From an uncultured Clostridium sp. (GTDB lineage Bacteria; Bacillota; Clostridia; TANB77; CAG-508), in NCBI GenBank assembly GCA_947653235.1, contig CANTGH010000001.1, forward strand, positions 247,191-311,190: DNA of 64,000 nucleotides. Reading direction: 5' to 3'. This document shows positions 32,890 through 44,235 of this stretch, piece after piece. Position 1 is the stretch's first letter. The number at the start of each line of letters is the position of its first letter. The notes under the pieces are model-generated. The model was not told where the DNA came from. It made no database searches and saw only the letters and a program-made list of their open reading frames with translations. The translations under genes were made by a program, and so were the position numbers.

Positions 32890-33660
32890 TTAATCTTCTC
32901 CTTTATTTTTAAATTTTTCAATGATTTTTAAAATCAATTCATACGCAAATCTTTGTGATTTTATAGCAATTTCTCGGTCATATGGCTCTTGCAAAATCTC
33001 GTTATTAGAAACAATACGAATTCCTAAAACAGGAACACCAAACTCATTTGCCACTTGATAAATTGCAATGCCTTCCATTTCCTCACAAAGTGTCCCATAC
33101 GTTTCATGAAGCCATAAAATGCGGTCTGCTTCCCTATTCCAAATATCACCACTCCCAATCAAACCAACATGAACAATTCCCTCTTTATATTGCACTTTTT
33201 TTGCCAATTCTATTAAAGATTTATCTGCTTCTTGGTATTGCAAACGATCTTCTTCACCACAAATAAAATTGACCAGTTCCCATTCCAAACTGTTGCTTCC
33301 TTCGCCTTCTTTTTTTAAAGGCGTTCTACAAGATACAATATTCATGCACTTTTCACCAATCACAATATCGCCTTTATGGATACTTTTTCCATGTGCTCCT
33401 GCACTTCCTTGATTGATAATTGCAATTGGATGATATTTTTCAATCGCAATATACGTTGCAAGCGCTGCATTTACAGTCATACAATGACACCAGCCAATCA
33501 CCACTGGATAATTCTCAATGGTTCCTTCATAAAATTCATATTGATTCACTTTTTTTTGTTTTACGTTTTCCATCTTGGAAAGCAAAAAATCTGCTTCAAC
33601 ATCGAACATGGAAACGATGATTAAAATCGGATTGAGACCTTTATTTTTTTCTTCTATCAT
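32890..33660 (-). CDS. mtnN: 5'-methylthioadenosine/S-adenosylhomocysteine nucleosidase family
   Basis: 256 aa with the PNP_UDP_1 motif EMEGIAIYQVANEFGVPVLGIRIVSN. Confidence 0.8.
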   Translation of the reverse strand: MIEEKNKGLNPILIIVSMFDVEADFLLSKMENVKQKKVNQYEFYEGTIENYPVVIGWCHCMTVNAALATYIAIEKYHPIAIINQGSAGAHGKSIHKGDIVIGEKCMNIVSCRTPLKKEGEGSNSLEWELVNFICGEEDRLQYQEADKSLIELAKKVQYKEGIVHVGLIGSGDIWNREADRILWLHETYGTLCEEMEGIAIYQVANEFGVPVLGIRIVSNNEILQEPYDREIAIKSQRFAYELILKIIEKFKNKGED

Positions 33661-33709
33661 AATTTTCCCTTTATCATGGTTATTATATATTTTTTTCTGT
33701 CACTTGTCA

Positions 33710-33738
33710 AGTATATAAAAAGCAGGGATTTCCCTGCC
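33710..33738 (-). terminator. terminator after spoIVA
   Basis: GCAGGGAtttcCCTGC followed by TTTTTATA on the minus strand. A consensus promoter for mtnN (TTGACA-N18-TATAAT) lies just downstream. Confidence 0.5.
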
Positions 33739-33750
33739 ATTACTCATTTT

Positions 33751-35253
33751 TTAAAGGATAATACAAATCAACCCGCCACTTCCTTCATTGACAATTCTTT
33801 GCAAAGTTTCTTGCAATTTACCTTGTGCATCTTCTGGCATACGATTTAACTTATTTTGCAATCCTTCATTCACCAATTCATGCAAACTTTTTCCAAAAAT
33901 ATTCGATTCCCAAATTTTCTTTGGATCACTTTCAAATTCAGAAAGCAAATATTTCACCAAATCTTCTGACTGTTTTTCACTTCCCACAATTGGCGAAACT
34001 TCCGTTTCGGTATCAATCTTAATCATATGAATCGATGGTGCTTTTGCTTTTAATTTGACACCATATTTCTGCCCTTGTTTTACAATTTCTGGTTCCTCCA
34101 AAATCAAATCATCAATTCCTGGAGAAACAATGCCATAGCCTTTTTCATTGACTTCATGGAGTGCATACGCCATTTTGTCGTATTCCTTTTTCGCCATCGC
34201 CAAATTTGTAATACACGAAAATAACTCTCCTTCATTTTGAATCGCAACACCCGTCAGTTCTGTCAATGTATGATAGAACAAACTATCTTGTAATTCAATG
34301 CCAATCGTTACAACACCATTGCCTAGATTGATTTCATCAACATTGACCTTTTTAATTTCTTCACATTCTTCCAATTGCCCATAATTATCATTTACATCTT
34401 TCAAGCGTTTCGTGCTTTCAAATGTCTCTTTGACTTTGTCAAACAACATCATTTTCAAATCATTGCCACTTTCCAAACCATTGATCCATCTCGGAAAACG
34501 AATGTTGATTTTATCAATCATAAATTCATATAATAATTTGGAAAAAATCTCATTGATATCCTCTAAACCAAGATTTTCACAATTGATTGGCATAACTGGT
34601 GTTTGGTATTTCTCTGCCATTTGATTAGCAAGCCCCAAACTATATCCATCGCTTGGATTTTGACAATTCATCAAAATAATAAATGGTTTATTGAGTTCTT
34701 TCAATTCCTTGATAACACGCTCTTCTGGCTCTTCATAATCTTCACGCGGAATATCCGTAATACTGCCATCGGTTGTGATCACAATTCCTACTGTCGAATG
34801 TTCTACAATAACTTTTTTCGTGCCAAGTTCAGCCGCTGTCTCAAATGGCATTTCTTGTTCTGACCAAGGTGTCTTGACCATTCTTGGCGTATCATCTTCC
34901 AAATACCCTAACGCATTATTGACCAAATATCCCACGCAATCGACTAATCTGGTGCGCATTTTCACATTGTCGTTTAAGTTGATTTCGATGGCTTCATTAG
35001 GGATAAATTTCGGCTCTGTCGTCATAATCGTTCTGCCCCCAGCGCTTTGTGGAAGCTCGTCAATAGCTCTTTCTCTTTTGTAATCATTTTCAATGTTTGG
35101 CAAAACCAACAATTCCATGAATTTTTTAATAAACGTTGATTTTCCTGTTCGGACAGGACCCACCACACCAATATAAATATCCCCATCCGTTCTGTTTTTG
35201 ATGTCTTGATATATTTCAAAGTTTTCCATAAAAATACTCCCTCCTAAGTACAT
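33751..35253 (-). CDS. spoIVA: stage IV sporulation protein A
   Basis: 500 aa with the N-terminal Walker A GVVGPVRTGKSTFIKKF and full-length SpoIVA architecture. Confidence 0.92.
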   Translation of the reverse strand: MYLGGSIFMENFEIYQDIKNRTDGDIYIGVVGPVRTGKSTFIKKFMELLVLPNIENDYKRERAIDELPQSAGGRTIMTTEPKFIPNEAIEINLNDNVKMRTRLVDCVGYLVNNALGYLEDDTPRMVKTPWSEQEMPFETAAELGTKKVIVEHSTVGIVITTDGSITDIPREDYEEPEERVIKELKELNKPFIILMNCQNPSDGYSLGLANQMAEKYQTPVMPINCENLGLEDINEIFSKLLYEFMIDKINIRFPRWINGLESGNDLKMMLFDKVKETFESTKRLKDVNDNYGQLEECEEIKKVNVDEINLGNGVVTIGIELQDSLFYHTLTELTGVAIQNEGELFSCITNLAMAKKEYDKMAYALHEVNEKGYGIVSPGIDDLILEEPEIVKQGQKYGVKLKAKAPSIHMIKIDTETEVSPIVGSEKQSEDLVKYLLSEFESDPKKIWESNIFGKSLHELVNEGLQNKLNRMPEDAQGKLQETLQRIVNEGSGGLICIIL

Positions 35254-35663
35254 CTTTCCTTAAATCGTATTCGTGAGGGACAGTTTTATGACTAAAAAAT
35301 TTTCTTTTTGAACATTCCGCAATTTCATAAATGTTTCCAGCTCTTCTTCTTCGGATAGCTGCTTAATCCATTTAACATAGCAATTTTATCTTTTAAGATT
35401 TGAAGTCATCGAAAAGTTTTCGTCCTATGACTCAAAAATCACTGTTATCATGACGTTTTCTGGTGTGTTATTCATTGGACTGGTTTTAGGCTTGGATATA
35501 TGCCTTATCTCGATTGTGTATCTGCTAATCAAAGGTATTTGTCGGAAAATTCATACAAAAAAATAGGAATTGCAACCATTACAAAATAGGAAAATTATCA
35601 AACAAATATTAGAGTTGCCAGAATATAATTATCCCCCAGTATAACTGGTGATTTTCTCTAAAG

Positions 35664-35706
35664 TTAAAAAAAGGACCTCTGGCTAATGTAGCCTAAAGTC
35701 CTTTCT
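35664..35706 (-). terminator. rho-independent terminator after the small hypothetical gene
   Basis: A nested hairpin, AAAGGAC...GGCTAatgTAGCC...GTCCTTT, followed by a T7 run on the minus strand. Confidence 0.55.
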
Positions 35707-35733
35707 TGATAAAAACAGAAAGCAAGCACTCTC

Positions 35734-35979
35734 TTAGATACGAGACCTCTGATGTTTTTCCTCATCCTTTTTCTTTTCGCAATAAAGTCTATCCGTCAAA
35801 AGGATATCTCTTTCCAGATCCTTGATTGCTTCTGGAGTATTGTTGATACCCAATTTATTCGCACTTTCAATCAAAGTAGGAATGTGCCCATTCTCCACTT
35901 TCACAAACACCTCCTGACTTCCATAAGTTACTATTACTCCTTCGTTAAACCAATTATACCGCAAGTTATATCTTTCCAT
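35734..35979 (-). CDS. hypothetical protein
   Basis: 81-aa ORF with no recognisable motif. Confidence 0.35.
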   Translation of the reverse strand: MERYNLRYNWFNEGVIVTYGSQEVFVKVENGHIPTLIESANKLGINNTPEAIKDLERDILLTDRLYCEKKKDEEKHQRSRI

Positions 35980-36106
35980 TTTACGCCCTCATATCTTTCT
36001 TTTTTTCTTATTTCTATTATACCATATTGTTTGCATAAAGTCAAACTTTGCACAGCCCTTCAAAATAATCTAGAAATATTTTACGCTTGATTTTCTCTTC
36101 CCTTTG

Positions 36107-38366
36107 TTATATATCTTCACCCATCAATTTATATTTAAGCCCCGTATTCCTCTTCTTGACCTCAGAATTCCCAATCATAAATTCAATCAAATTCTGATTT
36201 CCAATGATAATGAGAAGTTTTTTCGCTCTTGTCATACCTGTATATAACAAATTTCGTGTTAATAGCATATTCGATGCCTGTGGCACCACTAAAATCACCA
36301 CATCAAACTCACTTCCGTTGCGCTTTATGAATCGTAATGGCATAGGCATGTTCTAATTGTTCCAACTCTGAAAAAGCATACCAAGCCACTTTCCCATCAT
36401 CAAACTGAACTTGGAGGTTTTTCTCCTTTCCATCAATTTTCGTAATAATTCCTAATTCCCCATTAAAAATACCGCTCCCACGATTGGCACCAAACTCCGT
36501 TTTACCATATTGCTTTTCCCAATATAAATCATAATTATTCTTAATTTGCATCACGCGGTCTCCTTCTCGAAATTCAATGTCGCCATACGTTTTACTAGAG
36601 ATTTCATTGGTTTTGGGATTTAAAATGTTTTGCAAATTCTTGTTGAGTTCTTTGGTTCCCAACTTTCCTTTTTTGGTTGGGGTTAAAATTTGGATATTTT
36701 CAATAAAATCATAATCGCCATAATTTTTTAGTCTTCCATTACTAAGGGAAACCACTTGTGCCAACATTTTATCTTGCATGCCTTCTTTGATATAGAAAAA
36801 ATCCTCTTCGGCGTCTTCTACATAATCTTTTTTGCCAATAAAACTAATCCCTTCATTCACAGCATGCGAATTGACAATAATTTTACTTTTTTCGGCTTGC
36901 CTAAAAATTTTATTCAAAGCCACTGTGGCAAATTTTTCACTTTCAATCAAATCTTTCAAAATACTGCCTGGTCCCACAGAAGGCAACTGATTAACGTCTC
37001 CCACAAACACCAATTTGGTTCCCAAATAAACCGCTTTGACGAGATAATTCATCAAAAATACATCCACCATTGACATTTCATCAATAACAAGAACATCACA
37101 ATCAATCGGCGAAATATCATTGTCCACATTGCCCAATTTATCGTCTTCAATTTGGCCGATTTCTAGCAAGCGATGTATGGTTTTGGCATCTTCACCTGTT
37201 GTTTCCGTCATTCTTTTGGCCGCTCGACCAGTTGGTGCACATAAAACAATTTTCTTTTTGTGGGCTTTATAAATTTCTATCAAACAACGAATAATTGTCG
37301 TTTTTCCCGTACCTGGACCGCCTGTAATAATGGAAACATTGTGCTGATTGACTTGTTCAACTGCTTCAAATTGCTTTTCAGACAACTCGATACCAATGTC
37401 TTTCTCCTGTTTTTGAATTTCTTTCTTGAAATTTTTAATTTGCTTCACATTTTCACAAGTTTCCAGCAAATGCAATCGGTCAGCAATATTTTTCTCAGCT
37501 TTATACAAAGGATACAAATAAATCCAATCCTCTGAGCCTCGCTTTTCTATCACAATTTGCTTTGCAACATTAAGAGCAATTAAATTATTTTCAATCGCCT
37601 CTTTTCCGACTTCTAAAATCTGTTCCACATAATCCATCAGATTTTCTTGTAACACACAGGTATTTCCGTTGTAACTAGACACCAAAAGCGCATATTTGAT
37701 ACCACTTTTGATACGATCATCGTTATTTTGGCTAATCCCAATTTGCATGGCAATTTTGTCAATTTTGTTAAAGTCAACACCATAGACAAGATCCACCAAA
37801 ATATAGGGATTTTCTGCGATTTTTTGAACAGCGTCCTTTCCCAAAGCATCATACACCTTTTTAGCGTTGTTAGCACCTATCCCAAATCCTTCTAAGAAAC
37901 TGACAATTTGCCAAACTTCCCATTTTTCATTAAATTCTTCACTAATTTCCTGTGCTCTTTCTTTTGTGATGCCTTTGACTTCTGCAAGCTTTTGAGGCTC
38001 TGACTGAAAAATCTGCAATGTCTGATCCCCAAAGTGGTCAATAATTCGTTTGGCAGTGGCAGGTCCAATGCCTTTTATGGTGCCACTTCCTAGATATTTG
38101 GCTAATGCTTCTGTGGTTTGGGGCATGATTTTTTCAAAGGTATCAATTTTAAATTGTTCGCCATATTCTTGATGAACCACCATTTTTCCGCATAATTTTA
38201 AGCAATCTCCCTCTGTTACAAAAGGAAGATAGCCTACAACTGTTATAATTTCCTGTTCATTGCTTGAAAAAACAGCGATGGAATAATCGTTGTTTTCATT
38301 TTGATAAATAAATTCTTGAATTTGTCCTTCTATTTCCATGTTTACCTCGTATTTAAATTGTATCAA
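36107..38366 (-). pseudogene. recD2: RecD2-like (YrrC-type) ATP-dependent DNA helicase, frame-disrupted by 1 nt near 36316. This may be a sequencing error
   Basis: The 685-aa ORF carries the Walker A ITGGPGTGKTT and ends ...AITIHKAQRK*. The 80-aa ORF in the next frame continues with GSEFDVVILVV...TRAKK, which is helicase motif VI. On the coding strand the junction reads CAA-C-GGA where CAA-GGA (QG) is expected. Confidence 0.85.
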
Positions 38367-38401
38367 ATGAACTGAAAATTTGCAATAATTTTATAATTTT
38401 T

Positions 38402-38440
38402 TCGCACAAAAAACGGAAATAACTAAAATTATTTCCGAAA
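38402..38440 (-). terminator. promoter-proximal hairpin plus U-tract immediately downstream of the copy-B promoter (terminator/attenuator)
   Basis: The minus-strand RNA reads CGGAAATAA-uuuuag-TTATTTCCG followed by TTTTTTGTG, about 15 nt after the predicted +1. Confidence 0.5.
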
Positions 38441-38444
38441 AATA

Positions 38445-38530
38445 CCCTCACCTTTTATTATATCACATTTTCTATCTTACGTCAAGTTGACGAAATAGTA
38501 AAAATATGCTCTCACTTGTTTTTACTGGGT
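38445..38530 (-). repeat. conserved promoter-bearing repeat, copy B (TTGACG-N17-TGATATAAT) upstream of recD2
   Basis: Nearly identical to copy C over about 85 bp. Confidence 0.5.
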
Positions 38531-38542
38531 TTGCTGTTCTTT

Positions 38543-38893
38543 TTATTTCTTGAATGTAATTTCTTGCGTCCAAAATTTTTTAAATCCTGTGAAATCCACA
38601 TCTTGGCACCAGAAATCTTTAACGGCTTTGAAATCTACATCTTGACACCAAAAATCTTTTATTCCTGATAAATCAATTTCTTGGTAAAAAAAGTCTCTTA
38701 CTTCTGGAAATTCAATTTCTTGGAATAAAAAATCATGTACCTCTGTAAAGACTTTTTCTTGCTTTGGGGTTAATTCCAATCGAAAAAAGTTTTTCAATTT
38801 ATTTAAAGCACCATATTGGGTTGGTAAATTTCCGCCTACGGTATTGTCTTTTAAATTATATTCTTTCATTTCATTCCTCCTTGGTAATTTCAT
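38543..38893 (-). CDS. hypothetical protein with internal KDFWCQDVDF repeats
   Basis: 116 aa. The C-terminal half is built from ~11-aa repeats of the form (V/I)xDFxxQ(D/E)(I/V)(D/E)F. Confidence 0.45.
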   Translation of the reverse strand: MKLPRRNEMKEYNLKDNTVGGNLPTQYGALNKLKNFFRLELTPKQEKVFTEVHDFLFQEIEFPEVRDFFYQEIDLSGIKDFWCQDVDFKAVKDFWCQDVDFTGFKKFWTQEITFKK

Positions 38894-38980
38894 CTATCAT
38901 TATATTTAACTTGGATTTATCATATACCATAAATTAAAATAAATCAATGGTTTTTATGTTAAATTTTGGTAACAAACGTA

Positions 38981-40280
38981 TTACAAATTAGTAACATTTT
39001 CGACAATTAATTCATTGAAATTCACTTTTTCTACACGACCTGATACAATTTGATTAATTCTATCTTGATTGGCTTTTGTTTTAGCAAATACGTAATTGGC
39101 TGTATGACCTTTATAAAATTCGCCTTCTTTTTCTTCAATCAATACTTCTACTTCTTTACCAACAAATTGTTTGTGATACCACTCTTGATTTTGATGTGAT
39201 AATTGAATTAACTTTTTACTTCTTTCTTCTTTCATCTCATCTATCACTTGATTTGGCATAGTAGCAGCTTTTGTACCACTTCTTCTAGAATACTTAAATA
39301 TATGGGTTTTATAAAATTTTATTTGTGTCAAAAATTGATAGGTTTCATTAAATTCTTCTTCTGTTTCACCTGGAAAACCAACAATAATATCTGTCGTTAA
39401 TATCACATCTTTATATGTATTTCTCAACTTTTGCACAATTTGTTCAAATTGCTTGGTTGTATAGCGTCGGTTCATTCTTTGTAAAGTGGCATCGCATCCA
39501 CTTTGTAAAGATAAATGAAAATGATGACAAATTTTATGCATTTCCTTTAATCTTTTTAAAAAATCATCCTCGATTAAAAGTGGCTCAAGAGAACCTAAAC
39601 GAATTCTTTCAATTCCATTAATTTGATTGATTTGTTCTAATAAATCAATCAATTGATACTTCTGCTTAAAATCCTTTCCATAAGAGGCAACATGAATCCC
39701 TGTGATAACAACTTCTTTTATCCCATTTTCTGCTATTTTTTGGATTTCATTTACTACATTTTGAGGATTTCGACTTCTTACTCTGCCTCTGGCATAAGGA
39801 ATTAAACAATACGAACAAAATCTGTCACAGCCATCTTGAACTTTAACAACTGCTCTTACCTTTTCGGTATATGTAATATCGCCAAAATCACCATATTGTT
39901 GACTTTCAAATACGTCTTCTACTGATTGCCTTTTTCCATTTGATAAATATTCTTCTATATGTTGAACAATGTCTTTTTTCTCATTTGTTCCCAAACATAG
40001 CTCAATTTCTGGCATATTTTCTATTTCTTGTTTTGCCACTTGCACATAACATCCTACAGCAACAATGGTAGCATTCGGATTGATTTGTTTTGCACGTCTT
40101 ATGATTTGTCTGGATTTTCGATCTGAAATATTGGTAACTGTACAGGTATTGATAATATAAATGTCTGCCTTTTCATGAAATTCTACAATCTTATCACCAT
40201 GTTCTATAAATTTTTGGATCATTCCATTAGTTTCATATTGGTTGACTTTGCAACCGAAGTGTGTAAAATGCTACTTTCAT
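38981..40280 (-). pseudogene. mtaB: radical-SAM methylthiotransferase (MtaB/MiaB family), frame-disrupted by 1 nt near 40255. This may be a sequencing error
   Basis: The 413-aa ORF has CDRFCSYCLIPYARG and a TRAM-like C-terminus but lacks the MTTase N-terminus. The upstream frame encodes MKVAFYTL then RLQSQPI*, where MKVAFYTLGCKVNQYETNGMIQKF is expected. On the coding strand the junction reads CTT-C-GGT where CTT-GGT is expected. Confidence 0.8.
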
Positions 40281-40295
40281 TTTTCTTCCTTTCTT

Positions 40296-40320
40296 TGGTT
40301 CTTGTATTGAAAAACAGGGT
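40296..40320 (-). terminator. terminator after mreB
   Basis: ACAGGGgagaCCCTGT followed by TTTTTCAAT on the minus strand. Confidence 0.5.
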
Positions 40321-40340
40321 CTCCCCTGTCTTTTGTCACT

Positions 40341-41339
40341 TTATGCTCTTCTGGAACGATCCAGATTATCTAAATTATCCAATGCCTTTCCAGTTCCAAT
40401 GGCTACACAAGAAATCGAATCTTCGGCAATCATAACATTAATACCAGTTTTTTCTTGAATTAATTTATCTAAACCATCCACTAAACAACCGCCTCCTGTC
40501 ATATAAATGCCTTTGTCACTAATATCAGAAGCAAGTTCTGGTGGCGTTTTTTCTAGAACATTATGAACCGCATCTACAATTAACATAGAAGGTTCTTCCA
40601 AAGCTTCTAACATTTCGCTCGAATAAACAGTTATGGTACGTGGTAAACCTGTTAGTAAATCACGACCTCGCACATCCATTTCCATATCTTGAAATTTAGG
40701 ATACACACAACCAATGTTGAGTTTTAGCTCTTCGGCTGTTCGTTCACCTATCATGACATTGTGTCTTTTTTTAATGTATTTTACAATGGCTTCATCAAAT
40801 TTATCGCCTGCTATTTTTATGGAAGTACTAACAACTGATCCACCTAACGAAATAACAGCAATATCCGTTGTTCCTCCACCAATATCAACAATCATGTTAC
40901 CAGATGGTTTGGAAATATCAAGCCCTGCCCCAATGGCTGCAGCAATTGGTTCTTCTATTAAATATACTCTTCTAGCACCTGCATTAGATGCTGCATCAAT
41001 AACCGCTTTTCGTTCTACTTCCGTTACTTGCGAAGGAATACATATCATAATTCTAGGAGCAAATAAAAATTTCCCTCCAATTTTTCCAATAAAATATTTT
41101 AGCATTTTTTCTGTGACAGTATAATCTGAAATAACACCTTCGCGTAGTGGTCTTGTCGCTACAATATTCCCTGGTGTTCTTCCAAGCATTCTTCTAGCTT
41201 CATGCCCAACAGCCAAAACTTCACCTGTTATATTGTTGACTGCAACAACAGATGGTTCTCTTAAAACAATTCCTTTCCCTTTTACATATGCAATGACTGT
41301 AGCTGTACCCAAATCAATTCCAATATCTTGTCCAAACAT
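40341..41339 (-). CDS. mreB: rod shape-determining protein MreB/Mbl
   Basis: 332 aa with the actin-like ATPase motifs GIDLGTA and DIGGGTTD. Confidence 0.92.
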   Translation of the reverse strand: MFGQDIGIDLGTATVIAYVKGKGIVLREPSVVAVNNITGEVLAVGHEARRMLGRTPGNIVATRPLREGVISDYTVTEKMLKYFIGKIGGKFLFAPRIMICIPSQVTEVERKAVIDAASNAGARRVYLIEEPIAAAIGAGLDISKPSGNMIVDIGGGTTDIAVISLGGSVVSTSIKIAGDKFDEAIVKYIKKRHNVMIGERTAEELKLNIGCVYPKFQDMEMDVRGRDLLTGLPRTITVYSSEMLEALEEPSMLIVDAVHNVLEKTPPELASDISDKGIYMTGGGCLVDGLDKLIQEKTGINVMIAEDSISCVAIGTGKALDNLDNLDRSRRA

Positions 41340-41534
41340 GTATTTCCTTCCCTTCTTAACTTACATTATCTATTTTACTTACTCTATTTTTAGCTTTTAT
41401 TACAGTTATATTACAATTATATTACATTTTGGTAAAAATTTCAACCTCTTTTTGTAATTTTATCATAGAATATTGTAATTTTTTTTTATTTGTGGTATAA
41501 TTCTTGAAAAATACTAAAAAGTGGGAGAAAAAAT

Positions 41535-42465
41535 ATGGACAAAATTTCAATTATTGTACCTTGTTATAACGAAGAAAAATCTTTACCTTTATTTTATAAA
41601 GAACTAAATAAACAGATCGATGAAATGAAACGGTACAGAGTTTGAATTTATTTTTGTAAACGATGGTTCTAATGATAACACTTTTGATACCATAAAAAAA
41701 TTATCAGAAACTGACTTTCGTGTGAAATATATATCCTTTTCTCGAAATTTTGGAAAAGAAGCCGCTATTTATGCCGGTTTAGAAAAATCAACTGGAAACT
41801 TTGTTACATTAATGGATGCTGATTTACAAGATCCGCCTTCTCTTTTGCCAAAAATGTACAAGTCTGTGACAGAAGAAAACTATGATGCTGTTGGCACACG
41901 TCGAACAACCCGAAAAGGTGAACCGATTTTACGCAGTTTTTTTGCAAAAATGTTTTATAAAATCATCAATCGAATCACAAAAATAGAAATGGTCGACGGT
42001 GCTCGTGATTATATTTTTATGAAAAGAGAAGTAGTCGATGCCATCTTATCTTTAAAAGAATACAATCGCTATTCAAAAGGTCTTTTTAGTTTTGTTGGCT
42101 TTGAAGTTAAATGGATTGAATATGAAAATGTAAAACGTGTTGCTGGTGAGACAAAATGGTCCTTTTGGAAATTAATGTCTTATGCTTTAGAAGGAATTAC
42201 CGCTTTTTCTACGACACCTTTAATCTTCTCTTCTTTACTTGGTCTAATGTTTTGCCTAGTTGCCTTTGTTTTTATTGCCATTATTGTTGTAAAAACTTTG
42301 CTTCTTGGTGATCCAACGAGTGGTTGGCCATCTTTAGTATGTATTATTTTTATGGTGAGTGGAATTCAATTATTTTCCTTAGGTATTATTGGTCAATATT
42401 TATCTAAAACCTATTTGGAAGTTAAAAAAAGACCAATTTATATTATTAAAGATACAAATTTATAA
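41535..42465 (+). pseudogene. family 2 glycosyltransferase (polyprenyl-phosphate sugar transferase-like, 2 C-terminal TM helices), frame-disrupted by 1 nt at ~41631. This may be a sequencing error
   Basis: MDKISIIVPCYNEEKSLP...QIDEMK runs into a stop, and the next frame continues TEFEFIFVNDGSNDNT...RNFGKEAA. On the coding strand the junction reads AAA-C-GGT where AAA-GGT (KG) is expected. Confidence 0.8.
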
Positions 42466-42486
42466 AATAAAGGCACTTTGTGCCTT

Positions 42487-42876
42487 TTAAAATATATTTT
42501 TTAATTTTAATTTATTCTTTTCTTCAATATGTTCTAGCATAAATTTCAAATCCGCTATATTTTGAAACAATTCATCTGTATCATTGGTGTCAAAGTTGGA
42601 TTGGATTAATACAATATCTCCACTGATTTTTTCCAATTCATTATGCTCTACAAATAAAGCTAACATTTCTTGTTCTTCTTTCCATCTTTGCTCTAATTCA
42701 TAAAACTCATTTTGTGCTTCCTCTTCCTCATTTTCTTTACATTTATTTTCAATACTGACAATTCCTTCTCTCATCCAATTGACAGAATCACCTAAATTCT
42801 TATCTGTACTATAATCAATTACAAATACAATCAATAAAATCGCTAGAATAATAGAATATTCTTTCCAAAATCTCAT
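42487..42876 (-). CDS. hypothetical membrane-anchored acidic protein
   Basis: The start MRFWKEYSIIL is preceded by AAAGAGGAG. It has an N-terminal TM helix and a Glu-rich coiled coil. Confidence 0.45.
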   Translation of the reverse strand: MRFWKEYSIILAILLIVFVIDYSTDKNLGDSVNWMREGIVSIENKCKENEEEEAQNEFYELEQRWKEEQEMLALFVEHNELEKISGDIVLIQSNFDTNDTDELFQNIADLKFMLEHIEEKNKLKLKNIF

Positions 42877-42877
42877 T

Positions 42878-43552
42878 TCACTTCTCCTCTTTTCGTTGGC
42901 AGAAAATACTTCCATTTCCACTCATTACCACTACTAACGCTTCTTCTGGTCGCATATGAAATTTCTCCACTTGTTTTTTTAACCATTGGTAATCTTTTCC
43001 AAGCTTGACTAAATTATCCGTTAACACTTTTCCATCAATGACTAAATCATACGACATTCCAACATATTCCGGTTCCATCCCAAAGTCCTCTGGCGTTGTT
43101 GCTCTTTTGGCAGGTTTTGGAATCACGGTGATTTGTCCACTTGTTTCTAAAATCGCATACTCTACATCTTCTAAATTATACGAACCATTCACACGTAGCC
43201 TTGCCTCTAATTCCGTAATGGTAAAATTTTCTTTTCGCATAGCTTTTTCGTCAATTCTACCACGAAATATCAAAATACGTGGTTTTCCACAAATAATTTC
43301 ACGAATGCGAATACTTTTTAAATTGATAATGGAAATCACAATATGCATCATGAGTAATCCTAATATTGGAATAATACCATATAAAATAGGGATTCCAGTC
43401 TCTGACATTGGCGTTGTTGCTAAATCAGCAATCATTATGGAAATCACAAGTTCAAATGGTTGCAACTGGCTAATTTCCCTTTTCCCCATAAAACGCATCA
43501 CTATCAAAACAAGAAGATACAAAAAAATCGTCCTTACAAAAATCAGTATCAT
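42878..43552 (-). CDS. DUF421 (YetF-like) membrane protein
   Basis: 224 aa. The N-terminal TM pair plus the soluble YetF-type C-terminal domain match the B. subtilis YetF/YdfS family. Confidence 0.65.
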   Translation of the reverse strand: MILIFVRTIFLYLLVLIVMRFMGKREISQLQPFELVISIMIADLATTPMSETGIPILYGIIPILGLLMMHIVISIINLKSIRIREIICGKPRILIFRGRIDEKAMRKENFTITELEARLRVNGSYNLEDVEYAILETSGQITVIPKPAKRATTPEDFGMEPEYVGMSYDLVIDGKVLTDNLVKLGKDYQWLKKQVEKFHMRPEEALVVVMSGNGSIFCQRKEEK

Positions 43553-43712
43553 TCTACTTTAAAACCTCTTTTTCAAAAATTTATATGAATATTTTTTGCA
43601 AAAATCCTCAAAATATACTTATATAATATTTATTTTCATTTTAAATAAATATTTTATTCAAAAGTTTGATCGTTTCCAAAACGATTTAAATTTGCCTAAG
43701 GAGGTTCAAAAA

Positions 43713-44087
43713 ATGGAGAACAATCATGCACAATCTAGCAATACAACTATGGGCGCTGTAGGTCAAGTAATCGGTAGATTTGTTGTAGCAGCCATTATAT
43801 TAGGTATTACTGCATTTTTTACGCCAAACTTCACCATTAATAATATTTGGTCTTTGGCAATTGCAGCAATCGTCTTAAGTGTTATGGATTATTTAATTGT
43901 AAAATTTACAGGATTACACGCAATGGCCTTTGGTAAAGGTTTTGTTGGATTTGTATTAGCCGTCGTTACATTATATGTAACACAATTTTTAGTTGCTGGT
44001 TACTCAATTACGTGGATGGCAGCCATTATTGGTGCTCTAATTTACGGTGTTATTGATTATATATTGCCTGGTGAACAAGGTGTATAG
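43713..44087 (+). CDS. small 4-TM membrane protein (phage holin family-IV/DUF360-like)
   Basis: The start is MENNH with AAGGAGG upstream. It has four hydrophobic helices and a GxxxG-rich sequence. Confidence 0.4.
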   Translation: MENNHAQSSNTTMGAVGQVIGRFVVAAIILGITAFFTPNFTINNIWSLAIAAIVLSVMDYLIVKFTGLHAMAFGKGFVGFVLAVVTLYVTQFLVAGYSITWMAAIIGALIYGVIDYILPGEQGV

Positions 44088-44094
44088 TAATTAG

Positions 44095-44151
44095 CCAAAA
44101 AATAACATAGATAGAAATAAATACTATCTATGTTATTTTTACATTATTACA
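44095..44151. terminator. strong bidirectional terminator
   Basis: A 14-bp stem AATAACATAGATAG / CTATCTATGTTATT with an A-run before and a T-run after. Confidence 0.6.
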
Positions 44152-44235
44152 CTATTCAATGCACGAAAAATCAAATCTTTAAACAAATCTATTGACAAAC
44201 TTACATAAATATGATATAATAAAAGGTTAGCCTTT

